Assembly: GCA_963931515.1 (NCBI GenBank)
Contig: OZ007022.1
Coordinates: 13,747-77,746 of the forward strand
Direction: 5' to 3'
Length of the DNA stretch: 64,000 nucleotides
DNA from: an uncultured Bacilli bacterium
GTDB lineage: Bacteria > Bacillota_I > Bacilli_A > RF39 > UBA660
A model generated the notes under the pieces. It had not been told where the DNA came from and searched no databases. It saw nothing but the letters and a program-made list of their open reading frames with translations. The position numbers and the translations under genes were made by a program. Positions 32,596 to 42,633 of the stretch are shown piece after piece. Positions within the stretch are counted from its first letter, which is position 1, and every line of letters begins with the position of its first letter.

Positions 32596-32617
32596 AAAAG
32601 CAATTTATTGCTTTTTT
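32596..32617 (+). terminator. rho-independent terminator (AAAAGCAAT-tt-ATTGCTTTT)
   Basis: 9-bp perfect stem plus a T-run. Confidence 0.55.
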
Positions 32618-32718
32618 CTTTACGTTTTTTGGCACCGCTTTTAATTAAAACTGTGGAAAAAATAGAAATCCTGTTTTTAAAAATGGTATAATTAAATTGT
32701 AGAATGGAAGGTGATGTG

Positions 32719-33864
32719 ATGAGTAATAGGATTATTTTGAATGAAACTTCTTATTTTGGATGGGGAGCTAGAGAAAATTTAGTTCCAGAAATTAAGAAGA
32801 GACATTTCAAAAAAGTATTATTAGTTACTGACAAGACTTTAATGGACTGTGGAGTAACTGATATGGTAATTAAGGAATTAGAAGGTAATGTTTCATATGC
32901 AGTGTATGATGATGTTAAACCTAATCCAACAATTACTAACTGTCAAGAAGGTATAGATTTTTGTCAGAAAGAAAATGCCGATGTTATTGTGGCAGTTGGT
33001 GGTGGATCAGTTATCGATACAGCTAAATGTATTGGTATTGTAATTCGTAATCCTGAATTTTATGATATTAATTCATTAGAGGGTACGGCTGATACGAAGA
33101 ATCCGAGTTTGCCAATTATTGCTTTACCTACAACTGCTGGTACGGCAGCCGAGGTAACAATTAACTATGTTATTACCGATGAAGAAAATGTAGTTAAGAG
33201 AGTATGCGTTGATCCACATGATATTCCAGTATTGTCAATTGTCGATATGGAATTAATGGCAGGAATGCCTAAAATGACAGCAGCGGCAACAGGACTTGAT
33301 GCCTTAACTCATGCAATGGAAGGTTATATTACTAAAGCTCACTGGGAGATGACAGATATGTTCCATTTAAAGAGCATGGAAATGACTTATCATAACCTAG
33401 AGAAAGCTGTTAGTAAAGACAAAGATGCAATGATTAATATGGGCATAAGTCAATATATTGCCGGTATGGGCTTTTCTAATGTTGGACTTGGAATAGTTCA
33501 TTCAATGGCGCATCAGTTAGGCGCTACTTACGATGTTGCACACGGTATTGCTTGTTCATTATTCTTACCTTATGTTTTAAAATGGAATGGTGAGGCATGT
33601 AAAGATAGATTTAGAGCTATGGCTAAAGCATTCGATTTAGATGTAGAAGGTAAAAGTGACGCGGAGTGTGTAGATATAGTAGTCAATGCTGTTAGAAAGT
33701 TAGAAACTAAACTTGGAGTTCCACAGCACTTAAGTGAACTTGGTGTTCGGAAAGATGATTTTGAAGTTATGGCTGAGAAGGCATTTAAAGATCCTTGCAC
33801 AGGTGGAAATCCAAGAGAGGTTACTAAAGAAGATATAATAGGCTTATTTGAGGAAGCTTATTAA
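32719..33864 (+). CDS. iron-containing alcohol dehydrogenase (lactaldehyde/propanediol oxidoreductase-like)
   Basis: GGGSVIDTAK NAD-binding motif; His-rich Fe-binding region (HSMAHQLG); GGAAGGTGA RBS. Confidence 0.85.
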   Translation: MSNRIILNETSYFGWGARENLVPEIKKRHFKKVLLVTDKTLMDCGVTDMVIKELEGNVSYAVYDDVKPNPTITNCQEGIDFCQKENADVIVAVGGGSVIDTAKCIGIVIRNPEFYDINSLEGTADTKNPSLPIIALPTTAGTAAEVTINYVITDEENVVKRVCVDPHDIPVLSIVDMELMAGMPKMTAAATGLDALTHAMEGYITKAHWEMTDMFHLKSMEMTYHNLEKAVSKDKDAMINMGISQYIAGMGFSNVGLGIVHSMAHQLGATYDVAHGIACSLFLPYVLKWNGEACKDRFRAMAKAFDLDVEGKSDAECVDIVVNAVRKLETKLGVPQHLSELGVRKDDFEVMAEKAFKDPCTGGNPREVTKEDIIGLFEEAY

Positions 33865-33883
33865 TATAAAGGGAGGTTATTTA

Positions 33884-35062
33884 ATGTTAAAAACAAAAGT
33901 TGGTTACAGTGAAAATGTCGATGCTTTCGCATCTGGAGCTGAAACTGCTAAAATGGCAAATGTGATTGAGAATCCACAAGTTGGACTTTTATTCACAAGT
34001 TGCGTACAAGATCAAAATAAAATTATGGAAGGAGCTAAAAGTGTCCTTGGTGATGTACCAGTTATCGGATGTACTTCATCTGCAGCACTTTGCACACAAG
34101 ATGGATACTTAAATAAAGAGACTGGTTATTCTGGTATGATGCTTTTTGGTGGAGATTTAGAAGTTGTTACTGCTGGTAGCGCACAAACTAGCGAAACTCC
34201 AAGAGAAGTAGGTAGAAGAGTAGCCAAAGATGCTATTAGTAAAGTTAAAGGAGCAGATGTTGAACCTGATTTCTTCTTTATGTCAGCTTCGCCTGCTAAT
34301 GAAGAAGAATACTTAGAGGGTATTCAAGATGTTATTGGTAATGTTCCAGTATTTGGTGGATCAGCTGCTGATAATACAGTTGAAGGAAAATGGAGTATTT
34401 TAAATGATGGTGAGGCTTTTGCTGATGGTTTAACTATTGCTATTTTCTATACTAAAGGTGAGATGAAGAACCTTTATACAGGTGCTTATCATGAAACTAA
34501 TAATGTTGGTGTTATTACTAAAGTTAGAGATGAGCGTACACTTGTTGAAATTGATCATGAGCCAGCACTTAAGAAATATGCTGAATGGACTGGTAAATCA
34601 GTAGAGTCATTAATGGGTAATAATTTACTTACTGAAAGTATTTGTGCACCTCTTGGAGTTAAAGATCCAATTGGTAAAGTTACAGCTGTTCGTCACCCAA
34701 TGTTTGGTAATGATGATTTATCTATGAATATTGGTGCTAATTTAGCTGAAAATACAGCTGTTATAGAGCTTTCTAATACTCCAGAAGGTATTTTAAAAGC
34801 TAATGAAGAGACTATTAATAATTTGAATAAATTAATGGTTAATGAACCAATTTCTTATTTCCTAGTTCATTGTGGTGGAAGAAGACTTGGACTTGCTTTA
34901 TCTTCAATTGAGGATAAAATTTATCCAGAAGTTAAGAAAGTTATTCCTGATAAAGAATTTTTGATGGTATTTACATTTGGTGAATATGGTACAGGAGATC
35001 ATTCATCTAATACTGTTGGAGGATTATCACTTTCTTATACAGCGTTTGGAGGTAATGAATAA
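33884..35062 (+). CDS. FIST domain-containing protein (putative sensory module)
   Basis: N-terminal pattern VGYSENVDAFASG...GLLFTS..D......G...VLGDVPVIGCTS typical of FIST_N; AAGGGAGG RBS. Confidence 0.45.
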   Translation: MLKTKVGYSENVDAFASGAETAKMANVIENPQVGLLFTSCVQDQNKIMEGAKSVLGDVPVIGCTSSAALCTQDGYLNKETGYSGMMLFGGDLEVVTAGSAQTSETPREVGRRVAKDAISKVKGADVEPDFFFMSASPANEEEYLEGIQDVIGNVPVFGGSAADNTVEGKWSILNDGEAFADGLTIAIFYTKGEMKNLYTGAYHETNNVGVITKVRDERTLVEIDHEPALKKYAEWTGKSVESLMGNNLLTESICAPLGVKDPIGKVTAVRHPMFGNDDLSMNIGANLAENTAVIELSNTPEGILKANEETINNLNKLMVNEPISYFLVHCGGRRLGLALSSIEDKIYPEVKKVIPDKEFLMVFTFGEYGTGDHSSNTVGGLSLSYTAFGGNE

Positions 35063-36499
35063 TTGGCTAAAAATTTAATAGGAAATGATTGGGTAGATGC
35101 TTCTAATGGTAAAGTTATCGAAGTATATAATCCAGCTACTAATGAATTAATTGATACTGTTCCCGATACAACTAAAAAAGATTGTGACAAGGCTGTAGAG
35201 GCAGCAATTAAAGGTCAGAAAGAATGGGAGAGGAAACCTATTCATGAAAGGGCTTCTATTTTAATGAAGTTTGTTAAATTAGTAGAAGAAAATAAAGATG
35301 AACTTGCTAAGCTACTTAGCGCGGAGACTGGTAAGCCTATCAGTGAGGCTGTTGCTGAAATTGCGAATGTTTCAATTGGAATTCCAGCTTTTTGTGAAAA
35401 AGCTAAACATGAATATGGAAAGGTTATTCCAGCTGGAACTGAACCAGGACAAGAACATCATATTCAATATACTGAAAGGTATCCACTAGGAGTAGTGGTG
35501 GCAGTTATTCCATTTAATTTTCCAAGTGATTTATTCTGTCAAAAGGTACCACCAGCACTTCTTATGGGTAACAGTGTTATCTTAAAACCTTCTGCTCATA
35601 ATCCACTTACTTTAACTAAATATGTTGAGTTATTAATTGAAGCAGGAGTACCAAAAGGAACTATTAATTTACTAAATGGTGCTGGAGGTGAAGCTGTACA
35701 AGCTTTGGCTTCTAATCCGGGTGTAGCTTTAGTTACTTTAACTGGTTCTACAATTGCTGGTGCAGAGACAATGGCTAAATGTGCTAAAAATATTACACAT
35801 GTAACTTTGGAGTTAGGTGGTAATGATGCATTTATCTTGTGTAAAGATGGTGATGTTGATTTAGCTGTTAAAGAAATTATCTGGGGAAGACTTTACAATA
35901 CTGGACAAGTTTGCTGCGCTTCTAAAAGATTTATTATACATAAAGATGTAAAGGAAAAGTTCTTGAATAAGTTAGTTGACACTTTTAAAAATATTCCAAT
36001 GAAAATGCCAAGTGATCCAGAAGCTACATTAGGATGTTTAATTAGTGAACAAGCAGCTAAAAATGTTGAAAAACAAGTTAATGATACTGTAAAAGCTGGA
36101 GCTAAGTTAGTATTTGGTGGAAGACGTAAATGTGCTTTCTATGAACCTACTATATTAGATAATGTTACTAAAGATATGGATGTGGCTAAAGATATGGAGA
36201 TTTTTGGACCAGTTGTTCCGATTATTGAATTTGAAGATATAGATGAAGCTATTCGAATTGCTAACCAATCTAGCTATGGTTTATGTGGATGTGTATTTTC
36301 AAAAAATATGAAAACATGTCAGTATGTAGCTGATAAGTTAGAGTGTGGTGGAGCCGTTATCAATGGAGCATCATTCTTTAGACCATTTGAAATGCCATTT
36401 GGTGGATGGAAACATTCAGGAATTGGTAATGAAGGTGTTATGACTACTTTTGAAGAGATGAGTAGAACTAAGACTTTTGTGCTTAAAAATATTAAATAA
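35063..36499 (+). CDS. NAD(P)-dependent aldehyde dehydrogenase
   Basis: ELGGNDA glutamate motif and catalytic Cys motif GQVCCAS. Confidence 0.85.
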   Translation: MAKNLIGNDWVDASNGKVIEVYNPATNELIDTVPDTTKKDCDKAVEAAIKGQKEWERKPIHERASILMKFVKLVEENKDELAKLLSAETGKPISEAVAEIANVSIGIPAFCEKAKHEYGKVIPAGTEPGQEHHIQYTERYPLGVVVAVIPFNFPSDLFCQKVPPALLMGNSVILKPSAHNPLTLTKYVELLIEAGVPKGTINLLNGAGGEAVQALASNPGVALVTLTGSTIAGAETMAKCAKNITHVTLELGGNDAFILCKDGDVDLAVKEIIWGRLYNTGQVCCASKRFIIHKDVKEKFLNKLVDTFKNIPMKMPSDPEATLGCLISEQAAKNVEKQVNDTVKAGAKLVFGGRRKCAFYEPTILDNVTKDMDVAKDMEIFGPVVPIIEFEDIDEAIRIANQSSYGLCGCVFSKNMKTCQYVADKLECGGAVINGASFFRPFEMPFGGWKHSGIGNEGVMTTFEEMSRTKTFVLKNIK

Positions 36500-36599
36500 G
36501 AGGTTAATTTTGATTAACTTCTTTTTTTGTTTTTTTCGATTTATCGAAATAACTTGACATTTGTTTTATATGATTTTATAATTAAAGTGGTGATGAAAA

Positions 36600-37802
36600 A
36601 TGCTAAAAAGAGAGCTTTATTTATCTAAAATTAGAGGATTTTATGATAGTAATTTAGTTAAAATTTTAGTTGGTATTAGAAGATGCGGCAAGTCTGTTAT
36701 TTTGAGGCAGATAATTGATGAACTTTGTGACAAAGGTATTTGTGATGATCATATTATATATGTTAATTTCGAATATATTGAATATGAAGATTTGCAAAAT
36801 TATAGAGCATTAAATAAATATATTAAAGATAAAATTATAGATAAAAAAATGTATTATGTGTTTTTTGATGAAATTCAAAATGTAGCTAATTTTGAAAAGG
36901 TTATAAATTCACTTCGAGCTTCGCTTGAAAATATAAGTATATTTATTACGGGTTCTAATAGTAAGCTACTTTCAGATGAACTTTCTACAATTCTTTCAGG
37001 AAGATATGTTTCTTTCTTAATAAATCCGCTTACTTATAGAGAGTATGTAGATCTTACTTTAAAAGATGGTAAAGATGAGAATACTTTTTGGGATTATGTT
37101 AAATGGGGAGGTCTTCCTAATGTAACGGATTTTGAAGATGAAGAAAATATAAAAAATTATTTATATAGTGTTTTTGACTCTATTATTTTAAGAGATGTAG
37201 TTGATAGATTAGGCCTTAAAGATGTTTCATTATTTAATTTGATTTTACAATATATTGTGGATACAACAGGGAGAGAATTTTCATTTAAAAATATTATGGG
37301 ATTTTTAAAAACTGAACGAAGAGAGATATCTAGTGAAACGCTTTATAATTATATAGATGCTCTTTGTAAGGCGCTTATTATTAAAAAGGTTTATCGTTAT
37401 GATATTCATGGAAAAGCTATTTTAAAAACACTTAATAAATATTATATGACTGATTTAGGAATTTCACAGATTAAAAATAATAATTTTGAAATTAATAAAA
37501 GTTTTGCTTTGGAAAATGTTATTTATAATGATTTGATTGCAAGGGGTTACGATGTTTATATTGGAAAGACTAAAAATGGTGAAATTGATTTTATTGCTAA
37601 AAGATATGAGGAACAGATATATGTTCAAGTGGCATATAAACTCGATGGAGAAAAGGTTATAGAAAGAGAATTTGGTGCATATAAAAATCTAAATGATAAT
37701 TTTCCAAAATATGTGGTGTCACTTGATGAAGAAGATTTTTCAAGAGATGGAATTAAACATGTCAATATGATTGATTGGTTACTTACAGATAAAATAGATT
37801 AA
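36600..37802 (+). CDS. AAA+ ATPase with DUF4143 (second copy of this family in the window)
   Basis: Walker A GIRRCGKSV; same architecture as 19904..21121; TTGACA-17-TATAAT promoter at 36554-36582. Confidence 0.7.
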   Translation: MLKRELYLSKIRGFYDSNLVKILVGIRRCGKSVILRQIIDELCDKGICDDHIIYVNFEYIEYEDLQNYRALNKYIKDKIIDKKMYYVFFDEIQNVANFEKVINSLRASLENISIFITGSNSKLLSDELSTILSGRYVSFLINPLTYREYVDLTLKDGKDENTFWDYVKWGGLPNVTDFEDEENIKNYLYSVFDSIILRDVVDRLGLKDVSLFNLILQYIVDTTGREFSFKNIMGFLKTERREISSETLYNYIDALCKALIIKKVYRYDIHGKAILKTLNKYYMTDLGISQIKNNNFEINKSFALENVIYNDLIARGYDVYIGKTKNGEIDFIAKRYEEQIYVQVAYKLDGEKVIEREFGAYKNLNDNFPKYVVSLDEEDFSRDGIKHVNMIDWLLTDKID

Positions 37803-38031
37803 GAGGCAATTGTGTGATTAGCTTCTTTTTTACGTTATTTCGTTAAATCGAAATAACTTTTAAAATATTAAAATTATTTTTATATACTAAAATTATTTTT
37901 CGTTAAATTTATGCTTTAAAAATTGATTAATTTATTTTTGACAAATCATATAATTATAATAGGGAATTTTTATTAGTTTGCTTGCTAATAAAGGGTAAAT
38001 ATATTATAATGAATTTATGGAGAGTGATAAG

Positions 38032-38577
38032 ATGAACGATGTTTTAAATGAAACAGAAAGTAAGATGAAAAAAGCAATTGAAACGATGGAAAAACGTTTT
38101 ACAAATGTTAGAGCGGGAAGAGCTAATCCAGCTATTTTAGATAGTGTTGTGGTTAGTTATTATGGTACACCAACACCACTTAAGTCTTTGGCTACAATTT
38201 CAATTCCTGAGGCTAGACAGTTAATGATTAAACCATTTGATAGATCTTGTTTAAGTGATATTGAAAAAGGTATATATGAGGCTAATATTGGGCTTACACC
38301 TAATAATAATGGTGAGTGTATTATTTTAAATATTCCAGCATTAACTGAAGAGACAAGAAGAGAATATGTTAAACAGGTTAAACAAATTGCGGAAGAGGGA
38401 AAAATTAATTTAAGAAATATTAGACAAGATAGTAATAATGATATTAAGAAAAATGAAGATTTAACTGAAGATGAAAAAGATAATTTAATGGATGATGTTC
38501 AAAATTTAATTAATAAATATAATAAAGTAATTGATGAAAAAGAGAAAGAAAAAGAACAAGAATTATTAACTGTCTAG
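38032..38577 (+). CDS. frr: ribosome recycling factor
   Basis: Conserved RRF N-terminus (MEKRFTNVRAGRANPAILD.V.V.YYG.PTPL) ; GGAGAG RBS before the ATG at 38032. Confidence 0.85.
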   Translation: MNDVLNETESKMKKAIETMEKRFTNVRAGRANPAILDSVVVSYYGTPTPLKSLATISIPEARQLMIKPFDRSCLSDIEKGIYEANIGLTPNNNGECIILNIPALTEETRREYVKQVKQIAEEGKINLRNIRQDSNNDIKKNEDLTEDEKDNLMDDVQNLINKYNKVIDEKEKEKEQELLTV

Positions 38578-39753
38578 GTGATGAATATGTTTGGACGTAA
38601 GGTTAGTAAAGAGCTAGATGTTAAAAAGGTAAATGAGGTTACTGATTTAGCTTCTAAAGTTTTGAGGGTTCTATATCTTTTACTTGTAGCAGCAATTGCT
38701 TATGTAGTTATTAGATTATTTAAAGAAACTAAGATATTAGATTTTATAATTAAAATATTAGAAATTTGTTTGCCACTTTTTATTGGTATTTTGATAGCTT
38801 GGCTTTTTGATCCTTTTATTAAATGGCTTGAGACTAAAAAAATTAAGCGAACATTAGGTGCTGTTATTACTTATTTACTTATATTTATAGTTATTTTTCT
38901 AGTTTTAGTGACATTGATTCCACTTTTGATTGATCAAGTTCGTGAGTTTTCACATATTATTCCTGATGTGTTTGATACGGTTAAAGAGTGGAGTATAAAT
39001 TTATTTAATAATTTGGAAAGTTCAAATTTAGTTAATTTTGAGAAGATGAAACAAGAAGCACTTACTTCACTTGAAGGATTTGCAACTAATATTACTACAA
39101 CAATGCCACAAAATATTTTAGGATTTATCTCTAGTTTATTTTCAGGACTTGGTGTGTTTGTGCTTGGTTTAATTATTGGATTTTTCTTAATCGTTAATTT
39201 TGATAATAGTTCAAATTTGTTTACTTTTGTTCCAAAGAAGTTTAGAAAAACAACGGTTGCTTTATTGGATGAGGTTAATGGTTCACTTAGAAGTTATGTG
39301 AAAGGCGCAGTACTTGATTGTACATTAATATTTATACTTTCATCTTTAGCATTTTGGTCTGTGGGTTTGCAGGCTCCAATGCTATTTGGGTTATTTTGTG
39401 GATTAACTAATATTATTCCTTATGCGGGACCTTATATAGGTGGAGCACCAGCGGTTATAGTTGGTCTTACTCAAAGTCCTACTGTTGGTATCTTGACTTT
39501 GGTTGTTATTGCTATTATTCAATTTTTAGAAGGTAATTTTTTACAACCGCTTATTATGTCAAAGACAACTAAATTACATCCAGTTACAATTATGCTTGGA
39601 CTTTTGATATTTGGTTATTTCTTTGGAATTGTTGGAATGCTTATTTCAACACCAGTGATTGCTGCACTTAAAACAGTTTTCAAATTTTATGATGAAAAAT
39701 ATGGAATATTAGATAAAGATGATGTAATAGAGAAAGAAGAAACCACGGTGTAG
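38578..39753 (+). CDS. AI-2E family transporter (PerM/YhhT-like, UPF0118)
   Basis: Polytopic membrane protein, about 8 TM, 391 aa, family-typical topology. Confidence 0.65.
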   Translation: MMNMFGRKVSKELDVKKVNEVTDLASKVLRVLYLLLVAAIAYVVIRLFKETKILDFIIKILEICLPLFIGILIAWLFDPFIKWLETKKIKRTLGAVITYLLIFIVIFLVLVTLIPLLIDQVREFSHIIPDVFDTVKEWSINLFNNLESSNLVNFEKMKQEALTSLEGFATNITTTMPQNILGFISSLFSGLGVFVLGLIIGFFLIVNFDNSSNLFTFVPKKFRKTTVALLDEVNGSLRSYVKGAVLDCTLIFILSSLAFWSVGLQAPMLFGLFCGLTNIIPYAGPYIGGAPAVIVGLTQSPTVGILTLVVIAIIQFLEGNFLQPLIMSKTTKLHPVTIMLGLLIFGYFFGIVGMLISTPVIAALKTVFKFYDEKYGILDKDDVIEKEETTV

Positions 39754-39779
39754 TGGTTTTTCTATAAGGGGAGATTTTT

Positions 39780-40322
39780 ATGAAGATATATGTTATTTCT
39801 GGAAAAGCAAGGCATGGTAAAGATACAATAGCTTTAGATATTAAAGAGATATATGAAAGTAAGGGGTTAAGGGTTATTAATTTGGCTTATGGAAGTTATA
39901 TTAAAGAATATGCGAAAAGAATAAGTAATTGGGATGGAAGTGAGGAAACTAAACCTAGAGAGTTATTACAAGAACTTGGAACAGATATTATACGTATGAA
40001 AATAGATAATGATTTTTTTGTTAGAAGAATTTGTGAAGATATTAAGGTTTATAGTTATTATTTTGATATTATTACAATTTCTGATGCGAGATTTCCAAAT
40101 GAGATGGAGTGGCCAAAAAAGAATTTTGATGATGTAATTAATATTAGAGTAATTAGAGATGGTTATGATAGTGTTTTATCGGAAAAAGAGCAAAAACATT
40201 TGACTGAGGTGGCATTAGATGAGTATAATAGTTACGATTATGTGATTCATAATGATGGAACTTTATCTGATTTAAAGGAAAAAGTTTACGATGTAGTGAG
40301 GAAGGTAGAACATGAATATTAG
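39780..40322 (+). CDS. P-loop kinase, deoxynucleoside-monophosphate-kinase-like (T4 gp1-like) family
   Basis: N-terminal ISGKARHGKDT P-loop as in phage dNMP kinases; 180 aa; overlaps the downstream AlaRS gene. Confidence 0.45.
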   Translation: MKIYVISGKARHGKDTIALDIKEIYESKGLRVINLAYGSYIKEYAKRISNWDGSEETKPRELLQELGTDIIRMKIDNDFFVRRICEDIKVYSYYFDIITISDARFPNEMEWPKKNFDDVINIRVIRDGYDSVLSEKEQKHLTEVALDEYNSYDYVIHNDGTLSDLKEKVYDVVRKVEHEY

Positions 40323-42060
40323 AGATGAATTTATAAAATATTTTGTTAGTAAAGGACATAAGCAAATACCTAGTAGTCCTGTGGTACCAGAAAATGATCC
40401 ATCAGTTTTATTTAATACTGCAGGGATGCAGCCACTTGTTCCTTATTTAATGGGTGAGAGGCATCCTTATGGCAAGCGGCTTTGTGATTATCAAAAATGT
40501 GTTAGAACAAATGATTTGGAAGAAGTAGGGGATACTACTCATCATACTTTTTTTGAGATGCTTGGTAATTGGAGTTTAGGGGATTATTTTAAAAAAGAAT
40601 CTATTGATTATAGTTTTGAATTTTTAAATAAAGTTTTAAAAATTCCTGTGGAAAGGCTGGCTGTAACGGTTTTTGAGGGTGATGACAAGATTCCACGTGA
40701 TGAAGTTTCGGCTAAGTATTGGAAGGAACATGGTATAAGTGATGATAGGATTGCTTATTTAGGTATTGGTGATAATTTTTGGATACCTGGTGATTCTGGT
40801 CCTTGTGGAGGAGATACAGAGATATTTTATTTTAGAAGTGATGATGAAATTCCAAAAAAGTTTGATCCTGAGGATGATAGATGGGTTGAAATTTGGAATA
40901 ATGTATTTATGGAATTTTATAAAGATGAAAATGGTAATATATCTGAATTGAAACAAAAGAATGTTGATACAGGAATGGGACTTGAGAGAATAACGGCAGT
41001 TCTTGAAGGGGTTAATGATAATTACCAAAGTTCAATATGGAAAGATATAATTGAAAAAATAGAGGAGATAACAAATCTTCCTTATGAAGGTAATGAAAAG
41101 GCTATGAGAATTGTAGCTGATCATATTAGAACGGCGGTGTTTATTGCAGCTGATCCTGCTGGTATTAAACCGAGTAATACTGATCAAGGTTATATTTTGA
41201 GAAGGTTAATTAGAAGGGCTATTCGTCAAATTAGAAAGTTAGGTATTGCTATTGATAGTGATTGGGATGAACAAATTGCTTTACTTATTATTAGTAAATA
41301 TGAAAATTATTATAGTGAGCTTTCTGATAATAAACAAGTTGTTTTAGATGTACTTTCTAATGAAAAGAAAAAATTTAATAGGACTTTGGAAAAAGGGCTT
41401 AGAGAGTTTGAAAAGTTAGTTAATTCTGAACAGAAAACTATTGATAAGACAATTGCGTTTAAATTATATGATACTTATGGTTTTCCAATTGAACTTACTA
41501 TAGAGGAAGCTAAAGATAGAGGAATGGATGTAGATGTGGATGGTTTTTACGAAAAGTTTAGAGAACATCAAGAAAAGTCTAGAACAGCTTCAAAGGGTAA
41601 ATTTAAGGGTGGACTTTCTGGTAACAGTGAGATAGAGACAAAATATCATACAGCAACGCATTTACTTAATGCGGCTTTAAAAAAGGTTATTGGGCCAGAT
41701 GTTCATCAACTTGGTAGTAATATTACACCTGAAAGACTTAGATTTGATTTTCCATGTGATCATAAAATGACTGATGAAGAGAAAAAACATACTGAGGATT
41801 TAGTTAATAAATGGATAGATGAAGATATTTTAGTTGAGAAACTAGAAATGAGTAAAGATGAGGCTATTAGGTCTGGAGCTGAATGTACATTTATAGATAG
41901 ATATCCTGATATAGTTACAGTTTATAAGATTGGTGATGTTTCTATGGAATTATGTGGAGGACCGCATGTTGGTCATACAGGTGAGCTTGGACATTTTAAG
42001 ATTAAAAAGGAAGAAGCAAGCAGTGCGGGTGTTAGAAGAATAAAGGCTATTTTAGAGTAG
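40312..42060 (+). CDS. alanine--tRNA ligase, short form (aminoacylation, tRNA-recognition and editing domains; no C-Ala domain)
   Basis: Strong match to the AlaRS class II core (HHTFFEMLGNWS, FMEFYKDENGNISELKQKNVDTGMGLERI), tRNA-recognition helix region, and the editing HxxxH...CGGxH motif (HTATHLL...CGGPHV); 582 aa versus about 870 aa for canonical AlaS. Confidence 0.7.
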   Translation: MNIRDEFIKYFVSKGHKQIPSSPVVPENDPSVLFNTAGMQPLVPYLMGERHPYGKRLCDYQKCVRTNDLEEVGDTTHHTFFEMLGNWSLGDYFKKESIDYSFEFLNKVLKIPVERLAVTVFEGDDKIPRDEVSAKYWKEHGISDDRIAYLGIGDNFWIPGDSGPCGGDTEIFYFRSDDEIPKKFDPEDDRWVEIWNNVFMEFYKDENGNISELKQKNVDTGMGLERITAVLEGVNDNYQSSIWKDIIEKIEEITNLPYEGNEKAMRIVADHIRTAVFIAADPAGIKPSNTDQGYILRRLIRRAIRQIRKLGIAIDSDWDEQIALLIISKYENYYSELSDNKQVVLDVLSNEKKKFNRTLEKGLREFEKLVNSEQKTIDKTIAFKLYDTYGFPIELTIEEAKDRGMDVDVDGFYEKFREHQEKSRTASKGKFKGGLSGNSEIETKYHTATHLLNAALKKVIGPDVHQLGSNITPERLRFDFPCDHKMTDEEKKHTEDLVNKWIDEDILVEKLEMSKDEAIRSGAECTFIDRYPDIVTVYKIGDVSMELCGGPHVGHTGELGHFKIKKEEASSAGVRRIKAILE

Positions 42061-42217
42061 TCTTTTTTTGTTTGCTAGGAATTTGTTTTTGAAAAAGTTT
42101 ACAAAAGTTATTTGTAAATATAATTATTCGCAATATAGTAAAGAGTAATAATGATTTGTCTTAATTTGACTTTGCAAAAAAACTGTTATAATATGATTCG
42201 ATTTTGGGGGTGAGGAA

Positions 42218-42598
42218 ATGCTTAGTGGAAATTCGAGAAATGAATGGACAAGAAGAATTGAGGCTGGTGTGTCTTTATGCCTTGCACCTAGATGTGTGAG
42301 AGAGGATAGAGATTTAGTTTTACTTGCAATTATGAGAGATGGGAGCAATTTAGAGTTTGCTAGTGAGGATTTAAAAAAAGATATAGATATTGTATCAGTG
42401 GCAATAATTCAAAATTTAAGATATTTGGAATATGCAGATAAGGATTTACAATCTTTGATAATTTTAAGAGGAATAGAAGCTATTAAGAAAGAAAATGAGT
42501 TTCTAGATTTAACTCCTTTACTAGATGCAATTATTCGTGGTGAAGTGAATGATTTTGTTAAATTAGATGATGAAAAAGAAAATCAAAGAACTAAATAA
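42218..42598 (+). CDS. DUF4116 repeat-containing hypothetical protein
   Basis: About 25-aa repeats (LLAIMRDGSNLEFASEDLKKD / VSVAIIQNLRYLEYADKDLQ) of DUF4116 type. Confidence 0.5.
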   Translation: MLSGNSRNEWTRRIEAGVSLCLAPRCVREDRDLVLLAIMRDGSNLEFASEDLKKDIDIVSVAIIQNLRYLEYADKDLQSLIILRGIEAIKKENEFLDLTPLLDAIIRGEVNDFVKLDDEKENQRTK

Positions 42599-42633
42599 TA
42601 TAAAGGGCTATTTAGGTGGCAATTAATGGTCAT

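Noticed and set aside
32625-32645. TGGCAC…TT sequence resembling a sigma-54 -24 element upstream of the Fe-ADH operon
   Set aside because: The -12 GC element is absent (TTGGCACCGCTTTTAATT). A good sigma-A extended -10 (TGgTATAAT) lies just downstream, and no EBP-type activator is nearby
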